In this document: piece by piece, positions 1-5,186 of the stretch | Numbering within the stretch: position 1 is the first letter of the stretch | Layout: every line of letters starts with the position of its first letter | Source: a virus | Strand: one strand, 5' to 3' | IMG/VR virus record: IMGVR_UViG_3300020026_000010 | DNA length: 5,917 nucleotides | The notes under the pieces: generated by a model | What the model saw: only the letters and a program-made list of their open reading frames with translations | Told to the model about the DNA's origin: nothing | Databases searched by the model: none | Program-made: the position numbers and the translations under genes

Positions 1-121
1 TCGATTTTAGTTCGACTCCGATGTATTTTACCCAACGTTATGCGTCTTTGGAATACTTAGATGCCTTTTATGAGAGTCAATTTTATCCGTCGGCTGTCAC
101 GTCTTCAAACTCTACGTTTAA
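1..121. repeat. Terminal direct repeat, copy 1 (identical to 5797..5917); signature of a circular genome linearised with overlap
   Basis: I compared 1..121 with 5797..5917 base by base and they are identical over all 121 nt. The repeat runs to the last base of the window. The offset is 5,796 nt. Confidence 0.97.
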
Positions 122-1193
122 TCGTTCTAATCTGTTCGCTCAGATTGTTCGCAGTCAGATTACTGGAACCCTTTCTAGTCTTGGCGATGGTTATCCCGTT
201 GCGCCTCTTAGCGATTTGACCGAGACCCCTTCTAATATTCCGACTGGTCAAGTTTCTACTAGTCCTTCTACTACTGTCGCTTCTTACGAGGTTCGGCATA
301 CTTTTACGCAGGCCCATCCTATGGCTGTGGTGCCTTCTAATCCAGATCGATTTAGTCGACTTTTGCCTTATTCTTCTGTAAATGACGCTGTATCGATGAG
401 TGGTATTACCTCCATCCCTCAGCTGGCTGTTGCGTCTCGCATGCAGGAGTATAAGGATCTTCTTGGCGCTGGTGGCAGTCGTTTTTCGGATTGGCTTGAG
501 ACATTTTTTGCCTCGAAGATTGAACATGTAGATCGTCCTAAGTTGCTCTTTTCTGCCTCTCAAACTGTTAATGTACAGGTTGTTATGAACCAGGCCGGTC
601 AGAATAATTTCGCTGATGATGATTCAACTGGAGGTGGCACTAATCCTCTTGGTCAGCAGGGTGGAGCTATTGCCTTTAATACCCAACTTGGTCGTGCTCA
701 GTCTTATTATTTCCGCGAGCCTGGGTACATGATCGATATGTTAAGTATTCGCCCTATTTATTATTGGGCTGATGTTCAACCTGATTATCTCACTTATCGA
801 GGCGCTGACTACTTCAACCCTATTTATAACGATATCGGTTATCAAGACGTTCCGTTTTTCCGTTTTCTTGATGCACAGGTTTCTATTGTTGGTCGTGAGC
901 CGTGTTTTAACGAATTCCGGTCTTCGTATGATGAGGTTCTTGGTCAGTTGGTTAAAACGGCCTTTACCACTAACGTCGAACCCATTTATTCTTATTGGGT
1001 TCAGCAGAGAAACTATGATGCGTTCGAAGGCTCAGCCAATTCTCTTTATAAGTCGCTTTTTGTTGATATGAGCACGGTTAATTCTCCTTTTATTTCATAT
1101 GTTGAGGATAATTTTTTCGTCAATTTATCTTATAGCGTCCGTAAGAAGAATCTTGTTAACAAAACCTTTGCAACTCGTTTGTCTAATCGCTAA
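1..1193 (+). CDS. VP1: Microviridae major capsid protein (VP1 / F-like), C-terminal part; 5'-partial in this window, first complete codon at 3
   Basis: The track ORF 21..1193 (390 aa) begins at an internal Met. The frame stays open upstream to base 3 (DFSSTPM...) and is the same sequence as 5799.. in the other repeat copy. Third codon positions are strongly T-biased. The size and position next to VP2 and VP4 fit a microvirus capsid gene. Stop is TAA at 1191..1193. Confidence 0.88.
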   Translation, partial: DFSSTPMYFTQRYASLEYLDAFYESQFYPSAVTSSNSTFNRSNLFAQIVRSQITGTLSSLGDGYPVAPLSDLTETPSNIPTGQVSTSPSTTVASYEVRHTFTQAHPMAVVPSNPDRFSRLLPYSSVNDAVSMSGITSIPQLAVASRMQEYKDLLGAGGSRFSDWLETFFASKIEHVDRPKLLFSASQTVNVQVVMNQAGQNNFADDDSTGGGTNPLGQQGGAIAFNTQLGRAQSYYFREPGYMIDMLSIRPIYYWADVQPDYLTYRGADYFNPIYNDIGYQDVPFFRFLDAQVSIVGREPCFNEFRSSYDEVLGQLVKTAFTTNVEPIYSYWVQQRNYDAFEGSANSLYKSLFVDMSTVNSPFISYVEDNFFVNLSYSVRKKNLVNKTFATRLSNR

Positions 1194-1205
1194 TTTATTG
1201 ACATT

Positions 1206-1511
1206 ATGGCACTTGATTGGTTATTTGAAGACCCTCCGCAGTATATTTCGCGTGGTCAGCGTATTATGTCCGTTCTTGATGGTTCCGGTTCGGTTGATCT
1301 CCTCCCCGGTCGTCCTGATATCGAAGCTTCTCAATCAGATTGGGATAAAGGTGATAAGTTTGACCCCGATCTCGACTTCGACCCTAACAGTTTCTCCCGT
1401 ATGGATAAGTTTGACGGCCTCGAGGTTGGCCAGGAGCTTATTGATTCTGCTCTTGACGCCCCTAAAGGTTCAGACTCTAAGTCATCAACTTCCGTTACTG
1501 AAGAAAAATAG
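1206..1511 (+). CDS. Small, highly acidic hypothetical protein (101 aa); possible scaffolding-type protein, function unknown
   Basis: The ORF starts 12 nt after the capsid stop and does not overlap any other called gene. It has 23 D/E against 10 K/R (net about -13). It is rich in D, P, S and G, which suggests disorder. It contains an exact in-frame 12-nt repeat, gataagtttgac, at 1353..1364 and 1404..1415, encoding DKFD twice. Confidence 0.6.
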   Translation: MALDWLFEDPPQYISRGQRIMSVLDGSGSVDLLPGRPDIEASQSDWDKGDKFDPDLDFDPNSFSRMDKFDGLEVGQELIDSALDAPKGSDSKSSTSVTEEK

Positions 1512-1540
1512 TTCTTTCTTTACTTGACGATATATGCTAC

Positions 1541-1621
1541 GTGCGCGGACCCCTCCTAAAGCGAGTGTGTGATAGGTTTAGAGGTTCAAGGTAGCGACTG
1601 CAGGAGAGGCCGCGCATTTTT
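1541..1621 (+). other. GC-rich imperfect long-stem hairpin followed by T5, in the 134-nt intergenic region; candidate terminator, complementary-strand origin or structured RNA
   Basis: Arm 1542..1556 (tgcgcgg a cc c ctcc) pairs with arm 1603..1616 (ggag a gg ccgcgca). Pairing is 7 bp, then a bulged A1549, 2 bp, a C1552/A1607 mismatch, and 4 bp, for 13 bp in total. TTTTT follows at 1617..1621. The enclosed roughly 46 nt are purine-rich and carry near-tandem octamers TAGGTTTA (1573..1580), GAGGTTCA (1581..1588) and AGGTAGCG (1589..1596). Confidence 0.55.
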
Positions 1622-1645
1622 CTATCGTTCTTTAACCTTTCGATT

Positions 1646-1843
1646 ATGAAATTTAAAGATGTTTTATACTCCAAAAAGTTTTGGACGCTGGTTGCAGCAA
1701 TCGTGGCTGCCCTTGCGGCTTTTTTCCTCGAATCGTGTACGGCGCGACATTACGTTGTCCAGTCGGCATCCTCTATCAAGTCTGGAGATACCACTCGGAC
1801 CACCATTACTTACGAACAGATAGGTGGTTTTAAACGTCCTTAA
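1646..1843 (+). CDS. Small membrane protein (65 aa) with an N-terminal signal-anchor or lipoprotein-like signal peptide; candidate lysis or exclusion factor
   Basis: It is a stand-alone ORF in its own non-overlapped slot. Its stop TAA (1841..1843) lies 2 nt before the VP2 ATG. The N-region MKFKDVLYSKKF is positively charged. It is followed by a hydrophobic stretch WTLVAAIVAALAAFFL (aa 13-28, nt 1682..1729) and then E-S-C, with Cys31 at 1736..1738. That arrangement is a loose lipobox. The C-terminal 34 aa are polar. Confidence 0.6.
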   Translation: MKFKDVLYSKKFWTLVAAIVAALAAFFLESCTARHYVVQSASSIKSGDTTRTTITYEQIGGFKRP

Positions 1844-1845
1844 TT

Positions 1846-3216
1846 ATGCCTGCTCCTCTTATTCCTATTCTTGCCGCATCTTCGTTCGGCAAACAGTTAT
1901 CCCAAGGCGCTGCTCAGACTGGCGCCTCTGGTCTTGTTTCCGGCGCCCTCGGTCAGCTCTTTGGTGGCATGAATGCTCGACGCCAATGGAAGTATACTCA
2001 GAAACAGATGGCCCTTCAGCAAAAGTATGCCCTTGAGCAGATGGCCAAACAGGCTGAGTATGAATACGGTAATTGGCAAAAGCAGTTCGACTATGAAAAT
2101 GAATATAACGACCCGTCTAAGGTATTCGAGCGTTATCGTGCTGCTGGTGTTACTCCTGCTAGTGTTTTAGGCAGTTCCGGTGTCGGTGTTAATGCTACCA
2201 TGTCCGGTGGCTCTGCCGGTTCTGTCGGTGCTAATGGTCCGTCCGGTAGCTTTTCTGCTCCCGGTGTCGGTCCCCTTGATATGACCGCCGTTGGGCAGAA
2301 TATGCTTACTGCCTCGGAATCTCGGCGCAATCAAGCTGCTGCTGCTCGTGATGAGGCTGAAGCTCGCTCTATCGACGATCAGAATTTAGGTCATCAGCTT
2401 TACGTTGCTTCTGCAAATGCCCGTATAGTTCTTGATGAAGCTATTGCTAAGCACAATTTAGCCGCTCGTGATGTTCTTAAGGTGCAGGGGGATATAGAAA
2501 AGAACAACCGCTTTATTTCTGACACTACTCTCTTCAGCGCCATTGAAGAGAAGAAGAACCAGGCTGCGCTTGTTGCCGCTGAAGTCAAGCGTCTCGATAT
2601 TGAAAATGAGAACCTTGGCAGACTTATGTCTGCTCAGGCCTTCATGATGGAAACTCAGGCTGCCCTTAATGGTGTTTTGGGTGATCAGGCTCGTGAGGTT
2701 ATAGAATCTCTCCGCCTTAACAATCTTGATACCGCCAATGAGCTTGCACGTAATTGGGACAAGCGTTTCGAGGTCGAGATTCCGAACCCTCAGTATGAAA
2801 AAAATCTTCGTGGTTCCAACCCTATCAATCGTGGCAATCCTGGCCCTCGTTCTTTCAAGGTTTCGATGTCTCTTAAGGATTTTTATGATAAGACCGCTAT
2901 TAATCAAGCTGCGGCTTCTGAATTCCTTCCCGAACAGGTCCGTATTGCTCTTCGCAATGCCAAGATCGATCCTTACATCGAGATCTCTAAAGCCCTTGTT
3001 GGTGCTGCTGCCAGTGTCGCTGGTGCCGGTATCATTCGCGGTGGTATGTCTCGCGCCGCCAATACTATTTCCTCGGGAGGATCTTCCGGTAGTACTGCCG
3101 GCTCCTCTTTGACCACCCGATATGATGCGTCTGGAAATGTTGTTGGTTATGTTAAAACGGAAATGAGTCGCAGTGGTCATTCGAGTACGTACGGTCATTC
3201 TCGACGTTCTCATTGA
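1846..3216 (+). CDS. VP2: VP2-like minor capsid / DNA pilot protein (456 aa)
   Basis: It occupies the usual position between capsid and rep. The N-terminus is G/A/S-rich (MPAPLIPILAASSFGKQLSQGAAQTGASGLVSGALGQLFGG). A Q/A/E-rich segment ends in ...FERYRAAGVTPASVLG (about 2131..2172), which resembles the conserved AG(L/V)NP-type motif of microvirus VP2 proteins. A long predicted helical or coiled-coil middle follows (RRNQAAAARDEAEAR...LDIENENLGRL...). The C-terminus has a G/A/S-rich hydrophobic patch (ALVGAAASVAGAGIIRGG) and a basic His/Arg/Ser tail. Confidence 0.78.
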   Translation: MPAPLIPILAASSFGKQLSQGAAQTGASGLVSGALGQLFGGMNARRQWKYTQKQMALQQKYALEQMAKQAEYEYGNWQKQFDYENEYNDPSKVFERYRAAGVTPASVLGSSGVGVNATMSGGSAGSVGANGPSGSFSAPGVGPLDMTAVGQNMLTASESRRNQAAAARDEAEARSIDDQNLGHQLYVASANARIVLDEAIAKHNLAARDVLKVQGDIEKNNRFISDTTLFSAIEEKKNQAALVAAEVKRLDIENENLGRLMSAQAFMMETQAALNGVLGDQAREVIESLRLNNLDTANELARNWDKRFEVEIPNPQYEKNLRGSNPINRGNPGPRSFKVSMSLKDFYDKTAINQAAASEFLPEQVRIALRNAKIDPYIEISKALVGAAASVAGAGIIRGGMSRAANTISSGGSSGSTAGSSLTTRYDASGNVVGYVKTEMSRSGHSSTYGHSRRSH

Positions 3217-3233
3217 TTTTTTTTATGGATTTA

Positions 3234-3264
3234 TTTGTATTTTCATCTATTTCCTGTATATTTG
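3234..3264 (+). promoter_or_regulatory. Candidate Bacteroidetes-type promoter (-33 TTTG / -7 TAnnTTTG)
   Basis: TTTG lies at 3234..3237 and TATATTTG at 3257..3264, separated by 19 nt. This fits the published Bacteroides consensus TTTG-N19-21-TAnnTTTG. The match lies in the T-rich 82-nt gap after the VP2 stop and about 35 nt upstream of ATG 3299. Confidence 0.35.
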
Positions 3265-3298
3265 TCATGTAATACTTAACCCTCTAATACCTACTTTT

Positions 3299-3562
3299 AT
3301 GCGTAACACTTTCATTCTCAGCCACTTCCTTAATTTTCTTAACGAACAAGAAGTGTTTATCCCTTATTTGAAAAACGCCATTGCATCTGGCGAACATTCT
3401 CTTACTCTTCTTCAAATCCTTTTTTTTACATGTCAACCCGACAGGTGGATTAGAGGTGCCTTTTCTTGGAATGATGACACCTCAAATGATTGGGCTGTCA
3501 TTAATAAACTTTGGCTTATTCGTCTTAGTACTATTAGGCTGGTAAACTCTCTTAATAATTAA
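3299..3562 (+). CDS. Hypothetical protein (87 aa from Met at 3299; the track ORF extends to 3173)
   Basis: It is open from 3173, but the first 42 codons overlap the VP2 3' end and the T-rich gap. ATG 3299 is the first start downstream of the promoter-like motif. Third-position T bias is present. The stop TAA (3560..3562) lies 2 nt before the next ATG, in the same TAATTATG junction seen at 1841..1848. I recognise no motif. Confidence 0.45.
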   Translation: MRNTFILSHFLNFLNEQEVFIPYLKNAIASGEHSLTLLQILFFTCQPDRWIRGAFSWNDDTSNDWAVINKLWLIRLSTIRLVNSLNN

Positions 3563-3564
3563 TT

Positions 3565-3867
3565 ATGAAAAAGCAACTTATTATTCGTATTCTTGGAGCT
3601 GGCATTCCTGTTTATGATGTCGCTTATGGTGAAATTCGTGACGGCCAATTTGCTCCTGTTGATCCTGCGAATCTTTCCCCCGACATTCTCGATTGCATTG
3701 TGTTGTCTGATTTTCTTGGCACTCAGGCTTATGTCCAGGCTTCGCATCTTCGTGAACTCATTGCTTGTGCCATGCCTTATGTAGACGGAATTTCACTCTA
3801 TCCTAATTTTATCGTACTTTCATTTGCTGACAATTATGGCACGGAAAAGAAAGAAGACAAAGAGTAA
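3565..3867 (+). CDS. Hypothetical protein (100 aa)
   Basis: It has a non-overlapping slot, tight coupling to the upstream ORF and T-biased third positions. The C-terminal tail is charged (TEKKEDKE). I recognise no family. Confidence 0.55.
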   Translation: MKKQLIIRILGAGIPVYDVAYGEIRDGQFAPVDPANLSPDILDCIVLSDFLGTQAYVQASHLRELIACAMPYVDGISLYPNFIVLSFADNYGTEKKEDKE

Positions 3868-3914
3868 TGGCGCTCGTGTAGTTCGTCGTCCTGTTCTCGG
3901 AAACGTCCTTTAGT

Positions 3915-4112
3915 ATGGATTTGTTTGATTATCCGAAAGCTTCGCCGATAGTGGAGGGTGTTCCCCTCCGCTATTCGGTGGCTTTTTATCGCGGCCGTCA
4001 TCGTATTGTTATCGCCTGGTTCCAGGATTTTGATGACGCTATGGATTTTCTTGAGCGTTCTCGTCGTGATAATCCGCGTTTTAAGTATGATCTCTGTCAG
4101 TCCTTGTTTTAA
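3915..4112 (+). CDS. Hypothetical protein (65 aa), translationally coupled to the rep gene
   Basis: Its stop TAA (4110..4112) shares base 4112 with the rep ATG (4112..4114), giving a TAATG overlap. Charge is balanced at roughly 10 K/R against 10 D/E, so it is not a J-like polybasic protein. I recognise no family. Confidence 0.5.
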   Translation: MDLFDYPKASPIVEGVPLRYSVAFYRGRHRIVIAWFQDFDDAMDFLERSRRDNPRFKYDLCQSLF

Positions 4113-5176
4113 TGGCTTGTTCTCATCCTATATGGATTCGTAATCGTCGATATTCCCGGAAAGATGCTCCTTTTCGGGATATATCCGATTATGCTAAGAG
4201 TTCTCTTGCTCTTGCCCCTTGGGACATTTCCCGTCAATGGTTAATGGTTCCTTGTGGCAAATGTGAGGATTGCCTCCGTAGGCTTCGTAACGATTGGTTT
4301 GTTCGCCTCGAACGTGAACTTGCTCGGTGTAAGGCTGAGGGTCAACAGGCGATTTTTATCACTATAACTATTTCTCCTAAATATTATGAAGAAGCATTGC
4401 GAGATCCGGCTCGCTTTATCCGCCGATGGAATGAGCGTGTGCGACATAAAATCGGCCACTCCTTTAAGCATGCGTTTTTCCAGGAGTTTGGCGCCCATCC
4501 CGAGACGGGCCAGTATCCACGCCTTCACTTTCATGGTTTCCTCTTTGGAACCAATGTCTTGTACAATGAAATTCGGTCCGCTGTTCGCGACCTTGGATTT
4601 GTATGGCTTGGAAAAGGCACGCATAAGCGTGCGCGATATGTCGTCAAATACGTTACTAAGCAAATTAAATTTGACCCTGCGCAAATCTCCGATCAAAATC
4701 TCCTTATAGATGGAAAACTTATACCTTTGGCTCGAGTCCTCGAGCATCGGCGTTATACGAGAAAATTCGTATCTGCTGGCGTTGGTGATTATCTTGGTAA
4801 TCGCCCTGCCCCTTCTGCTACTACTTCGTCTTGGCCTTATCTTGATCTTTCGTCTGGTATCCATTACGATTATGCGATCCCTCGATACTACAATCGCTAT
4901 CTTCAACCGAACGACCAAATTATACGTTCGGTTCGTTCTTCAGATGCCTATTCGCGTTTTAGCCGCTCTTCTTTGGTGCGCCATGTCGTTAATTTGTGTG
5001 TTAAGAAATTCTTACCCTCTTCCGCCTTATCCTCTCGAGAAGCGTACTCATGGGAAATGAAAAAGTTCCGCGAATTCGCTTCGGCCGGTCCTGTTCCGGC
5101 TATGGATCCTCCTGCTTGGCTTGATCGGGATATTATTGAGTCATGGTATGATTTTTACGGCCTTTCATTAACTTAA
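4112..5176 (+). CDS. VP4: Rolling-circle replication initiation protein (VP4 / phiX174 gene A-like HUH endonuclease, 354 aa)
   Basis: All three rolling-circle Rep motifs are present in the correct order. Motif 1 is FITITI (aa 82-87, nt 4355..4372). Motif 2, the HUH motif, is LHFHGFLF with H-F-H at nt 4526..4534. Motif 3, with two Tyr, is YVVKYVTK (aa 176-183, nt 4637..4660; compare phiX A YVAKYVNK). The N-terminus has the Cys cluster typical of gokusho-type VP4 proteins: C3-x-H5 ... VPCGKCEDCLRRLRNDWFVRL. Confidence 0.93.
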   Translation: MACSHPIWIRNRRYSRKDAPFRDISDYAKSSLALAPWDISRQWLMVPCGKCEDCLRRLRNDWFVRLERELARCKAEGQQAIFITITISPKYYEEALRDPARFIRRWNERVRHKIGHSFKHAFFQEFGAHPETGQYPRLHFHGFLFGTNVLYNEIRSAVRDLGFVWLGKGTHKRARYVVKYVTKQIKFDPAQISDQNLLIDGKLIPLARVLEHRRYTRKFVSAGVGDYLGNRPAPSATTSSWPYLDLSSGIHYDYAIPRYYNRYLQPNDQIIRSVRSSDAYSRFSRSSLVRHVVNLCVKKFLPSSALSSREAYSWEMKKFREFASAGPVPAMDPPAWLDRDIIESWYDFYGLSLT

Positions 5177-5186
5177 TTTTTCTTAT

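Noticed and set aside
105-563. A 152-aa ORF on the minus strand, antisense to the capsid gene
   Set aside because: This is the same codon-aligned antisense artefact: 563 = 2 mod 3, which matches capsid codon ends. The product is extremely R/K-rich and low-complexity. The shorter minus-strand ORFs (1897..2079, 2133..2330, 2400..2588, 3559..3747) are also dismissed as too short and wholly inside better + strand genes.
1198-1203. A perfect sigma-70 -35 hexamer, TTGACA, between the capsid stop and the next ATG
   Set aside because: No acceptable -10 follows at 16-19 nt; the best candidate, TATTTG, matches 3 of 6. A promoter here would start transcription inside the ORF it precedes. A single hexamer is expected by chance.
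1353-1415. Two TAAGTTTG motifs (TAnnTTTG) inside the acidic ORF, and a third at about 5455..5462, as possible internal Bacteroides-type promoters
   Set aside because: None has a TTTG box 19-21 nt upstream. The two in the acidic ORF are simply part of the in-frame DKFD codon repeat.
772-1527. Other alternative-frame + strand ORFs: 772..1071, 1099..1527, 1824..2036, 1973..2170, 2726..3112, 3593..3784, 3958..4143, 4386..4709 and 5542..5856
   Set aside because: All but 1824..2036 are in the +1 frame of a better-supported gene. In that frame T-rich second positions give stop-poor, F/L/I/V-rich translations by composition alone. None has independent support. Two representative cases are kept as low-interest findings instead.
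1540-1550. GTGCGC resembling the XerC arm of a dif site, which could be an integration site for a temperate microvirus
   Set aside because: Only 6 nt match the E. coli dif arm. There is no 6-8 nt spacer or second arm. No flanking host DNA is present, and the window closes into a circle.
1542-1616. A possible tRNA: a 75-nt span closed by a 7-bp GC-rich stem, with an internal GGTTCAAGG resembling a T-loop
   Set aside because: I tried to thread a cloverleaf. The GGTTCAA segment has no complementary 5-bp T-stem. It also lies 14 nt too far from the 3' acceptor strand. No D-arm or anticodon-arm pairing is evident. The stem instead extends into a long imperfect hairpin.
2458-3213. A 251-aa ORF on the minus strand, antisense to VP2
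   Set aside because: Its codons are exactly aligned with the VP2 codons, since both end on positions equal to 0 mod 3. VP2 rarely uses A at codon position 3, so the antisense frame rarely starts a codon with T and is depleted of TAA/TAG/TGA. The product is low-complexity (R/S/T/G/N/I-rich). Microviridae transcribe only one strand.
3181-3224. A rho-independent terminator after VP2: 5-bp stem tcgag/ctcga at 3181..3185 and 3200..3204, plus T8 at 3217..3224
   Set aside because: The stem has only 5 bp with a 14-nt loop, and it ends 12 nt before the T tract. This is not canonical geometry. I record the T8 tract only as part of the regulatory gap.
3223-3239. Similarity between TATGGATTTATTTGTAT (3223..) and TATGGATTTGTTTGATT (3913.., the start of the 65-aa ORF). 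Both would begin MDLF...
   Set aside because: This is roughly a 14-mer with one mismatch in a T-rich genome, which is about what chance predicts. The first copy opens only a 15-codon ORF.
3173-3298. The N-terminal extension of the 129-aa track ORF, starting at ATG 3173 inside VP2
   Set aside because: The extension is the +1 frame of the VP2 3' end followed by the T-rich intergenic tract. It translates to a compositional F/I/L/Y string. I prefer the internal ATG at 3299, downstream of the promoter-like motif, though the true start is uncertain.
4241-4918. A 225-aa ORF on the minus strand, antisense to rep
   Set aside because: This is the same codon-aligned antisense artefact: 4918 = 1 mod 3, which matches rep codon ends. 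The translation is basic and low-complexity, with no motifs.
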